Below are positions 7,735 through 15,685 of a stretch of 25,004 bases of DNA, in pieces. The first letter of the stretch is position 1. The number at the start of each line of letters is the position of its first letter. The position numbers were made by a program, and so were the translations under genes. Source of the stretch: a virus (Duplodnaviria > Caudoviricetes); the IMG/VR virus record IMGVR_UViG_3300032329_000232, positions 1 to 25,004 of that record, one strand, 5' to 3'. The notes under the pieces are model-generated. The model was not told the origin of the DNA, did no database searches, and saw only the letters and a program-made list of their open reading frames with translations.

Positions 7735-9006
7735 ATGGCTAAACCTGATTTAACAGAGTTAGGCACCTCCGGCTTACGCCGTTCGGGTGGCTTTGTCCAT
7801 GAGGAATTTCTTAATCAACTTCGCGGCCGCAGGGGCTTTCTTGTCTATCGAGAGATGGCAGACAATGACCCGGTTATTGGCTCAATCCTTTATGCAATTG
7901 AAAAAGTAATCCTTCGTCTCGAATGGCGCGTTGACCCACTGGACGATTCACCCGAAGCAGAAGAAATTAGAAACTTTGTTGATGAGTGCATGGAAGACAT
8001 GTCTGATTCATGGGACCAAACTCTCGCCTCAATTCTTTCTATGCTGGTCTATGGTTTCTCTTTCCACGAAATCGTTTACAAAATACGTAAGGGCGAATCA
8101 AAAGACCCTAAGTTTAATTCAAAGCATAATGATGGAAAAGTTGGATGGCGTAAGTTTGCTATTCGTTCTCAAGAATCTTTGAATAACTGGATGATGGACC
8201 CTGAAGGCGGAATTCAAGGTTATCGTCAGATTGACCCAGCAGGCGGCGGCTTCCGTGAAATTCCTATTGATAAAGGTTTGCTATTCCGTACTAACGTGAA
8301 TAAGAATAACCCTGAAGGACGCTCATTACTTCGTAACTGTTTCCGTCCTTGGTACTACAAGCGCCGCATTGAAGAAATCGAAGCAATTGGTATCGAGCGC
8401 GACCTAGCGGGATTACCTGTTGCAAAAGTTCCACCTGAGTATTTATCTTCAGGCGCAACAGCCGCTCAACAATCTGTCTTGGCTGAAATTACAACTATTG
8501 TTCAAAACATTAAGCGAAATGAACAAGAGGGCGTTATCTTCCCAATGATGTATGACGAAAACGGAAAAGAAATGTTCTCACTTGAACTTCTTTCATCCGG
8601 CGGCTCACGTCAATTTGATACAGATAAGGTAATTGCTCGCTACGACCAGCGTATTTCAATGTCCGTTCTATCAGACTTTATTCTTTTGGGCCACGAAAAA
8701 GTTGGTTCATTTGCCCTTGGTTCACAAAAGATGGACCTATGGACAATGAGCGTTGAGGCTATTGCTAAGTCAATTGCTGAGGTTATGAATCAATATGCAA
8801 TTCCACGACTTCTCAAGTTAAACGGAATGAATACAGAACTTGCTCCATTCTTAACGTATGGTGAAGTTTCTTCAGTTGACTTGAATGAACTCAGCAACTA
8901 TGTACAGAAACTAATTGGTGCAGGTGTAATAACTCCTGATGCAGATTTAGAGGCTTACCTTCGTGAACAGGCGTCGTTGCCTCCAGCGGAGAACTTGGTG
9001 GACTAA
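7735..9006 (+). CDS. portal protein (DUF935 / Mu gp29-like)
   Basis: YREM...DP.I, YGFSFHEIVY, NPEGRSLLR....PWYYK, IERD..GLP, GSFALG; first gene of the head module. Confidence 0.9.
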   Translation: MAKPDLTELGTSGLRRSGGFVHEEFLNQLRGRRGFLVYREMADNDPVIGSILYAIEKVILRLEWRVDPLDDSPEAEEIRNFVDECMEDMSDSWDQTLASILSMLVYGFSFHEIVYKIRKGESKDPKFNSKHNDGKVGWRKFAIRSQESLNNWMMDPEGGIQGYRQIDPAGGGFREIPIDKGLLFRTNVNKNNPEGRSLLRNCFRPWYYKRRIEEIEAIGIERDLAGLPVAKVPPEYLSSGATAAQQSVLAEITTIVQNIKRNEQEGVIFPMMYDENGKEMFSLELLSSGGSRQFDTDKVIARYDQRISMSVLSDFILLGHEKVGSFALGSQKMDLWTMSVEAIAKSIAEVMNQYAIPRLLKLNGMNTELAPFLTYGEVSSVDLNELSNYVQKLIGAGVITPDADLEAYLREQASLPPAENLVD

Positions 9007-9927
9007 ATGCCATTTGTATTTAAAGCAAATGACAATCCGCAAGATGGCGCTCAACCTCCGTTAACTCCTGACGAAAAAGAAGTTGTTCAGATAATTAACA
9101 GTGCCGCCGCTGGAGTAAGTGATGCCTCAGTGAGCAGTGCAGTCCAAGCGGCTATTAGTACAGGCAACATTGAACGTGTTGTTGATACTTTCCCATGGGA
9201 AGCAACTGCGTTTACATTAAGTCAAACAGTATCGGCTTTCAAACGAGCAATAAAAGGCGATATTGGAAAAGGTTTTCCTAAAACTGGGTTCGTAGGGCGA
9301 TTTGATTACACAGACCCGCGCTCAACTGAATACGCTTTAAAACAGTCGGCAAAATTAGTTACAAATATGACTGGGCAAATGAAAGATAGAGTTAGAGAAG
9401 TCGTAGGACGCGCATTTACTGAAAACATTCCTGTTTACGATACTGCTAGAGAATTGCGTTCTGTTATTAATTTGACTAAGCGGCAAGAATTAACTTTAGG
9501 TAAATTCAATGACCTCAATCGCGCCCGTCTGATGGATGAGGGTTTATCCGGACGTAAGTTAGAAACCAAATTAAGCGAACTAACTGACCGCCAATATAAA
9601 AAAATGATTTCTCAGCGAAGCAAAGTAATTGCCCGAAATGAAATCCTTGAGGCAGAGAGCGCTGGACGAAGTTTAGGATTTGAACAAAGCGTTGAGCAAG
9701 GTTGGGCAAGCCCCGTTTCAATGAAGCGATGGAGTACCTCAACAGATGAGCGGACCTGCACTATTTGTATGCCTATGAATGGGATGAGCGTTCAATGGAA
9801 TCAGTATTTTCCCAATGGTGTTTTTGACCCACCCGCTCACATTATGTGCCGTTGCTCAATTTCGTTATTAGAACCGGATTCACCTTTAGCGCAAAATCAG
9901 ATGCCAACAGGCTTACTCAGAGAATAA
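9007..9927 (+). CDS. MuF / SPP1 gp7-like head morphogenesis protein
   Basis: RSKVIARNE, KRW....DERTC.IC, PPAHIMCRCS; directly after the portal; no C-terminal toxin extension. Confidence 0.9.
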   Translation: MPFVFKANDNPQDGAQPPLTPDEKEVVQIINSAAAGVSDASVSSAVQAAISTGNIERVVDTFPWEATAFTLSQTVSAFKRAIKGDIGKGFPKTGFVGRFDYTDPRSTEYALKQSAKLVTNMTGQMKDRVREVVGRAFTENIPVYDTARELRSVINLTKRQELTLGKFNDLNRARLMDEGLSGRKLETKLSELTDRQYKKMISQRSKVIARNEILEAESAGRSLGFEQSVEQGWASPVSMKRWSTSTDERTCTICMPMNGMSVQWNQYFPNGVFDPPAHIMCRCSISLLEPDSPLAQNQMPTGLLRE

Positions 9928-9945
9928 GTGTGAAAGAATACAACT

Positions 9946-11424
9946 ATGCCATATTCAATTAAAACCGACGCCGCCGACTGCAAAGGCTATGCCGTTGTTG
10001 ATGAAAATGGAAAAACGGTTGCCTGCCACACAAACCGTAAAGATGCCTTAAATAATCAAAGAGCGCTCTACGCAAATGTGCCTGATGCAAAACGCACCAA
10101 AAAAGAAGACCCAGCGGCAACGAGCAGTGGTCCGACAGTAAGTGATGTTCATGTGGATTACGGCATGGGCAGAGTTCGTATTAAGCGCCCTACTTTTTCT
10201 AAAAACATAGATGTACTTATTGCTCAACACTACAAACTGCATAATCAGACAAACGAGCCATCCGAAGCGCAACTCTATGTCCACCATAACATTTTAGATG
10301 AAGTACAGAAAGCCGGAATGGATTGTTACTGCTCATGCGGTAACTGGAGCCAACCTCTCGTAATTGAAAACGTAACCACAGATTTGAAAACTTTACAAAA
10401 AAGTGAAAACCCATCTTTAGTACCAGTCAAGCAAATTATTCAAACTGGCATTGATAATGGATACAAGTTCGCCGATGTTTTACAGATGCTTGATATTGGT
10501 GGATACATGATGGTCGTCCGACCAAAAGAAATAATTCAAACACCCTCTGACGCACCCGCCGTCGCAGATAACCTAGGTAAATCTATTCTTACAAAGATTA
10601 TGAACTTACTGGATAAGGTGAGCGAGCCGTCACTCGCTGGGAGCGTTGCTGAGGGTGGGACAGCAACTATTAAGGCTGATACACCTAACAGTTTTGTTCC
10701 CCCTAAAGCGGTGCAAGAAGAAGCAAAGCGAGCGCTTCAATGGATTAAAGACGGACATGCTGGAGATAACTTCACAGATGTAGGCCGCGCTCGCGCTTCA
10801 CAGTTAGCAAATGGCGAAGGCGTATCCCGAGACACAATTGCACGAATGAAATCTTTCCTTGCACGTCACTCAGTTGACTCTCAAGGTCAGGGTTACAGTC
10901 CCGGCGAAAAAGGATATCCGTCTCCGGGTCGAGTCTCTTATGCCGCATGGGGTGGAGACGCCGCAAAGTCTTGGACAGAAAAGATTTTTAATCAATACGA
11001 TTTAGCGAAGTCTTATGGGCAGATTGAATCAGTTTACAAAGCCGACGAAAAACGATTTACTCTTGGCCCTTGGTATATCCCAAATCAACAAGACGCACAT
11101 GGCGAATGGACCGACACTTCAGAACTTCAAAACGCTTTATGGAATTATGTAAAGAGCGGGGACCGTCGTATTCGTCTTCAGCACAATAAAAATGTTGTTG
11201 CGGGCGAATGGCTTGAAACAATGACATGGCCTTACCCGGTCACAGTCCCAATAACAAAAGCCGATGGAAGTATGAGCGAATACACTTATCCAACCGGAAC
11301 GGTTTTTATGGGAGTTCAGTGGGAACCTTGGGCGTGGGAATTAGTCAAAAAGGGTAAGTTAACAGGGTATTCTATTGGTGGGAAAGCGGAGAGACTGTTA
11401 GTAGATTTGCCGGAGGAAAATTAA
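9946..11424 (+). CDS. multidomain polyprotein with C-terminal XkdF-type prohead serine protease
   Basis: From about 11041: DAHGEW, IRLQH, W..VKKGKLTGYSIGG. Extra N-terminal (CKGYAVV..CH..ALYAN) and central (PPKAV..ARA.QLA..RM.SFLARH..AWGG) domains. Confidence 0.85.
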   Translation: MPYSIKTDAADCKGYAVVDENGKTVACHTNRKDALNNQRALYANVPDAKRTKKEDPAATSSGPTVSDVHVDYGMGRVRIKRPTFSKNIDVLIAQHYKLHNQTNEPSEAQLYVHHNILDEVQKAGMDCYCSCGNWSQPLVIENVTTDLKTLQKSENPSLVPVKQIIQTGIDNGYKFADVLQMLDIGGYMMVVRPKEIIQTPSDAPAVADNLGKSILTKIMNLLDKVSEPSLAGSVAEGGTATIKADTPNSFVPPKAVQEEAKRALQWIKDGHAGDNFTDVGRARASQLANGEGVSRDTIARMKSFLARHSVDSQGQGYSPGEKGYPSPGRVSYAAWGGDAAKSWTEKIFNQYDLAKSYGQIESVYKADEKRFTLGPWYIPNQQDAHGEWTDTSELQNALWNYVKSGDRRIRLQHNKNVVAGEWLETMTWPYPVTVPITKADGSMSEYTYPTGTVFMGVQWEPWAWELVKKGKLTGYSIGGKAERLLVDLPEEN

Positions 11425-11706
11425 ATGTCAGATAATCCAGTGCGCATAAATGATTATTTTGCCGGACCAGTTACAAAAGAATCTTCTTTCAAGGTTGGGG
11501 ATATGGTTTCTTGGTCTTCTTCAGGTGGGCAAGCAGAAGGAAAAATTACACGCGTTATTCGCGAGGGCAAATTAAACATTCCTAATTCTTCTTTCACAAT
11601 TACTGGCACCCCAGATGACCCTGCCGCAATGATTCGCGTTTATCGTAATGAAAAACCAACCGATACCTTGGTTGGACATAAAACTTCTTCTTTAAAAAAA
11701 AAGTAA
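11425..11706 (+). CDS. Tudor/SH3-like protein (DUF2945 / Hva1-TUDOR-like)
   Basis: FKVGDMVSWSSSGGQAEGKITRV...VGHK.SSL; ends in the slippery run TTTAAAAAAAAAG TAA. Confidence 0.75.
   Translation: MSDNPVRINDYFAGPVTKESSFKVGDMVSWSSSGGQAEGKITRVIREGKLNIPNSSFTITGTPDDPAAMIRVYRNEKPTDTLVGHKTSSLKKK
11691..11703 (+). other. candidate -1 frameshift or slippage site T TTA AAA AAA AAG
   Basis: A_AAA_AAG heptamer (11697-11703) in the correct phase just before the stop; the -1 frame reads VTSLQKYNPNHDGSGRFSSGGGG into ORF 11772. Confidence 0.65.
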
Positions 11707-12227
11707 CTAGCCTCCAAAAATATAATCCCAATCACGATGGAAGCGGACGCTTCTCATCAGGCGGTGGGGGCATGGGCGCCGGAGTTGCCTCATCAATCCT
11801 AGAGCGCGTTAAAGCCAATGGTGGCCTATCGGTCAATATGGTCAATGGCTCAGAACCTACTAGCGGGTATATGGTCGCTAAAGGAACTGAATATGGAAAA
11901 ACCGTGAGCGCAGATGATTTCTATGACCCACAAAAGGGACCTAAGATTCTTGCTGACTATATGAAGCAAAATAAAGCGGACCTAGGGACTGGAAAGAACT
12001 ACCTAGGTTTATGGCATAATACCGAGGATGGAAAAGTGTATCTGGATGTATCGCAAAACATTTTGAGTAAGACCGAGGCAATATCAGCGGGACAGTCCCG
12101 CAACCAAATTTCTATTTGGGATGTAGCAAACTTTGCAGAAGTACAAACTGGAGGTACAGGTGTCACAAAAAAAGAAGTTGGAAGTCGTGGAAATCCCGGC
12201 GAACATTTCAACAATGACGGACGCTGA
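11703..12227 (+). CDS. tagged cargo 1: putative enzyme (possibly SAM-lyase-like); reading frame extends upstream of ATG 11772
   Basis: Tag at 11718-11771; body has GYMVA, YLGLWH...GKVYLDVS...A...G...NQISIWD. Confidence 0.75.
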   Translation, partial: VTSLQKYNPNHDGSGRFSSGGGGMGAGVASSILERVKANGGLSVNMVNGSEPTSGYMVAKGTEYGKTVSADDFYDPQKGPKILADYMKQNKADLGTGKNYLGLWHNTEDGKVYLDVSQNILSKTEAISAGQSRNQISIWDVANFAEVQTGGTGVTKKEVGSRGNPGEHFNNDGR

Positions 12228-12279
12228 AATAGATGCGTTCGCTAAAAGTATCTGGGACGGTCTCGAAAAACCGAAGTAA
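12160..12279 (+). CDS. hidden overlapping 39-aa peptide
   Basis: GGAGGT at 12150-12155, GTG at 12160; MSQKKKLEVVEIPANISTMTDAEIDAFAKSIWDGLEKPK*. Confidence 0.6.
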   Translation: MSQKKKLEVVEIPANISTMTDAEIDAFAKSIWDGLEKPK

Positions 12280-13258
12280 TCTCGCTAAGTACAACCCGAA
12301 TCACGACGCCAATGGTCGCTTTGCGTCAGGCGGGGGCTCTCTCGCGGGCGGGGGCGCGGGCGGGGGTGTTCAACCCGCTGACCCTAAGAATGGTTATGTG
12401 ACTGCCGATGAAGCAACATTAACTGAGGGAACTTTTAATGAGGAAACTCAAGCCGATGAATTAGCGGCTACTTATGAAAACAAATACAACGTTGATAAAA
12501 ATGGCAATCCAATTGGCACAACAAAAGCAGAAATAGATGCTCTCGACAGTTATTCTCGCAATGGATACAAAGACATTAATGCTGAGTTGCGCGGACAAAA
12601 TGTAAAGCAAGAACTTGATGTAGCGGAAGCCACACAAATTATTGAAAATGACGAAAGTATGTATCTTCAAGCAATCGACCAATGGTCAGAACAAAGCGAT
12701 TCTGGTAAAAGTATGGGCGATATGAGTGAAGCGGATTTGAAAGATGCGATGTATTTATATGCCGCAAACCATGGCAAAGAATTGCTTGATAGAATAAACA
12801 CGGGTAATACCCCGAAGGCACTTGCAATCAAAGAACAGGTTGCTCATTTAGATGGTCTCATTGCTACGGCCCCTGTTGCTTTTGGTGATAAACCCCTGTA
12901 TCGTGTTTTTGACAATAAAGTATTAGCGGATTTAAAACCGGGTGACGTAGTGACGGATAAAGGTTTTCTTTCGACAACAAGAACAAACATAATCCACGAA
13001 GATAATTCTTCAGCCCGCACATGGCTAAGTGCAATTGACAGGACTCCAGATACAGGCGGAATCATTCTTCCTAACAAAAGTAAGAATGGTAAAGGAATTG
13101 CGGTAGATGCTTTTAGAACCGCAGTGGGTGAGAGCAATCCTGTTTTAGACGATGAACGGGAAGTCTTGCTTCCTCGTAGCACTCCTTTACTCTTTCTTGG
13201 ATATACAAACATGGGCGTTGAAGATAGAGCCCCAGTATTTCAAAGGATGGACGGATGA
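12233..13258 (+). CDS. tagged cargo 2: VIP2/ExoS-type ADP-ribosyltransferase
   Basis: Tag at 12287; Y....YKDINAELR, LYRV, DKGFLSTT, DEREVLLPR (R-STT-ExE). The start codon is uncertain. Confidence 0.88.
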   Translation: MRSLKVSGTVSKNRSNLAKYNPNHDANGRFASGGGSLAGGGAGGGVQPADPKNGYVTADEATLTEGTFNEETQADELAATYENKYNVDKNGNPIGTTKAEIDALDSYSRNGYKDINAELRGQNVKQELDVAEATQIIENDESMYLQAIDQWSEQSDSGKSMGDMSEADLKDAMYLYAANHGKELLDRINTGNTPKALAIKEQVAHLDGLIATAPVAFGDKPLYRVFDNKVLADLKPGDVVTDKGFLSTTRTNIIHEDNSSARTWLSAIDRTPDTGGIILPNKSKNGKGIAVDAFRTAVGESNPVLDDEREVLLPRSTPLLFLGYTNMGVEDRAPVFQRMDG

Positions 13259-14031
13259 GTAAATTTAAAACTATGCCCGGCGACCTTGAGATTAATCGGC
13301 TGGGAACTATTATTCAAAAATACAATCCCAACCACGGAGCAGATGGTCGTTTTGCTTCCGGTGGAGCGGGCGGCGGGGCAGGTAATACTCCTGTAAACGA
13401 GGGAGATATTCATTTAAATCACTTTGAAAAGAAAGTGGATAAAGCCTATGGGACCGGAGAGGAAGCCTTCTCTATTGCTCATACAGGCGACCAATCAACC
13501 GCTTCTCTAGGTGAGTATCTTGCAAGAGGTCATACCGTCAATGACAATTTGAGAAATTCAGCAAGTATGGGTGAAGCCGGATATATTGATTTTGGCGATG
13601 GAAAGTCTTATGCAGATGGAGGAACGGTAAAAGGTTTAGACCACGCGATTGACATTGCCCCTCCTATCCCAAATACACTTGTATGGCGCACAACAAGCGC
13701 CGACGCAATTAGGGGTCTCAAAAAAGGTGGTGTTTATATGGATAAGGGATTTACTTCCACGACAGCCGCAGATATAACTCACCCCGAGAATGGTAAACTT
13801 TTGCTAACTCTTGCAACAGTATCTAGCGGTAAAAAATCCATTATGGAAATTAATACCGGAAAAGGAAAGGGGATTTACATGCCTAAGATGTTCCCCGGAC
13901 AACCTATTGCAGATTTTGAAAAAGAATTTTTGATGCCCCGTAATACCAAGATGAAATATCTTGGCCCTGATTACAGACCTTCATCCGGTGGCAACTGGCT
14001 GGAAATACATAGATTTAAGGTGGTGGATTAA
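13255..14031 (+). CDS. tagged cargo 3: VIP2-type ADP-ribosyltransferase
   Basis: Tag at 13318; VNDNLR, VWRT, DKGFTSTT, FEKEFLMPRNTK. Confidence 0.85.
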   Translation: MSKFKTMPGDLEINRLGTIIQKYNPNHGADGRFASGGAGGGAGNTPVNEGDIHLNHFEKKVDKAYGTGEEAFSIAHTGDQSTASLGEYLARGHTVNDNLRNSASMGEAGYIDFGDGKSYADGGTVKGLDHAIDIAPPIPNTLVWRTTSADAIRGLKKGGVYMDKGFTSTTAADITHPENGKLLLTLATVSSGKKSIMEINTGKGKGIYMPKMFPGQPIADFEKEFLMPRNTKMKYLGPDYRPSSGGNWLEIHRFKVVD

Positions 14032-14960
14032 TGGACCCTCGCGAAAGATTTACTATGAAGCCGGGTGACTTTACTGTTGTCACCGAGCCCGTTGAAAAAT
14101 ATAACCCTAATCACGATGCGCGTGGTCGTTTTGGCTCAGGTGGAGCAGGTGGAGGCGCGGGCGCAATGGTTGCTCCTAGCACTAATCCCCGTAAAGGTAT
14201 GGGTGATATTCCTTTATCTCAGGACACAGTTGCAGAAATGCAAGGCGGTTCAGCCTCTGAGCATATTGTTAAAGATGCAAACGGCAATTATATGTTCACT
14301 CCAGAGCGCCAAGCGCTACACGATAAAATTATTAAAGAATCAGTTGATGGTGTTCCAACTTCCGCCGACCCAACTTTTACAGTTATGGGTGGAGGGCCAG
14401 CCGCTGGCAAGTCTTCACTTATCCGCGATGGCGGAGTAAAAATTGCGCCCAACTCGGTTGAGGTAAATGCTGACCTATGTAAAGAAAAGTTGCCAGAATG
14501 GCAAACTGCTGGAAGTAGCAGAGCGCAATTTACCCATGAAGAATCTTCATATCTTGCAAAGCGCACACAGGCGGCGGCATTTGAAAGACAACAAAACGTT
14601 TTGCTTGATGGAACCGGAGATACTTCGCCCGCTTCTATGAATAAAAAAATTGATGGCGCTCGCAATGCTGGTTACAAAGTAGAAGCACATTATGTAACTT
14701 TGCCAACAGACCTAGCAATTAAAAATGCTAGAGCCCGCGGTGAAAAGACTGGACGATTTGTTCCTGATGAGGTTGTTCGCGCAACCCACGTTGGTGTATC
14801 TCAAACCTTTCCGGCAATCGCCCATAAATTTGATAGCGTGAAGTTATACGACACTTCATCTCAAGGTAAGCCTCGCTTGATTCTTTCAGGCGTAAAAGGG
14901 GCAATTAATGTTATTGACCCAAAGGGGTACAACGACTTTCTAGCGAAAGGCAATGAATAA
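14031..14960 (+). CDS. tagged cargo 4: zeta-toxin-family P-loop kinase
   Basis: Tag at 14097; GGGPAAGKSS Walker A, VNAD..K..LPE, HEESS, LLDGT, R....GRFVP. Confidence 0.88.
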   Translation: MDPRERFTMKPGDFTVVTEPVEKYNPNHDARGRFGSGGAGGGAGAMVAPSTNPRKGMGDIPLSQDTVAEMQGGSASEHIVKDANGNYMFTPERQALHDKIIKESVDGVPTSADPTFTVMGGGPAAGKSSLIRDGGVKIAPNSVEVNADLCKEKLPEWQTAGSSRAQFTHEESSYLAKRTQAAAFERQQNVLLDGTGDTSPASMNKKIDGARNAGYKVEAHYVTLPTDLAIKNARARGEKTGRFVPDEVVRATHVGVSQTFPAIAHKFDSVKLYDTSSQGKPRLILSGVKGAINVIDPKGYNDFLAKGNE

Positions 14961-15154
14961 TGGCAAGCACTAAACCACGCGTAGAACGCATGTACCTTGA
15001 AATACTTTTAGGCATTAGTCAAAACAAATCACTTTTGCAACCTCTAAATGCTAAAGAGGTGGCACAATGGTCTCTTATAGAACAGCAAGTTAAAGACATT
15101 CGCGATAAGGGCGGAGAGTTCGAAATCCCTAACGAGATTCCGAGCGCGGACTAA
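14960..15154 (+). CDS. small protein coupled to the zeta toxin (candidate antitoxin)
   Basis: 64 aa, TAATG overlap with the zeta stop, acidic C-terminus. Confidence 0.7.
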   Translation: MASTKPRVERMYLEILLGISQNKSLLQPLNAKEVAQWSLIEQQVKDIRDKGGEFEIPNEIPSAD

Positions 15155-15163
15155 GGGGTTAAA

Positions 15164-15685
15164 ATGGCGCAAGACCAACAGTGGTTCTTTGTACAAAATG
15201 CAGAAATGGGTATGGACCCAGAAGACAGCGAGACCGCTCCTCCAGATTTGATTACTAGCCTTCGTACTTTATTGGGCAACACCGTCAGTGTTTATTTCCG
15301 CGCCCACGGATATCATTGGAATGTTAAAGGCACAAACTTTGCCGCCTACCATGAGTTCTTTCAAGAAATCTACGAAGATATTTACGCTTCGATTGATGAC
15401 ACCGCAGAATGGCTTCGCAAGTTAGATGTTGATGCTGATTACCAACTAAGCGATTTCATTAACAATCGCGATATTCAAGATACGCCTGTTAAACCATGGA
15501 ATGCTATTCAAATGGTTAAGGATTTATACGATGCCATTGAAGCACTTGATGAATGCACAGAGCGTTGCCTAGAACTAGCAACAACGGCAGATGAGCAAGG
15601 TCTTATCAACTTCCTTGGTGGTCGTATCGACATGCTCGAGAAGTGGGAATGGCAACTCAAGGCCACATTTAGCGAGACTTTATAA
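15164..15685 (+). CDS. dps: Dps-family mini-ferritin
   Basis: AHGYHWNVKG.NF...HEFFQEIYE.....IDD.AE.LR ferroxidase signature; EK..WQL. Confidence 0.92.
   Translation: MAQDQQWFFVQNAEMGMDPEDSETAPPDLITSLRTLLGNTVSVYFRAHGYHWNVKGTNFAAYHEFFQEIYEDIYASIDDTAEWLRKLDVDADYQLSDFINNRDIQDTPVKPWNAIQMVKDLYDAIEALDECTERCLELATTADEQGLINFLGGRIDMLEKWEWQLKATFSETL

Noticed and set aside
11736-11758. Hairpin GATGGAAGC-ggac-GCTTCTCATC as a frameshift stimulator
   Set aside because: It starts about 32 nt after the slippery site, too far for a typical stimulator.
12165-12217. A AAA AAA G run as a -1 frameshift joining cargo 1 to cargo 2
   Set aside because: The -1 frame hits TGA at 12215-12217 before reaching ORF 12233.
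12844-14665. Long minus-strand ORFs (12844-13212, 14288-14665) and similar ones at 2424-2765 and 17926-18207
   Set aside because: They are antisense shadows of well-supported plus-strand genes, with no recognisable motifs.
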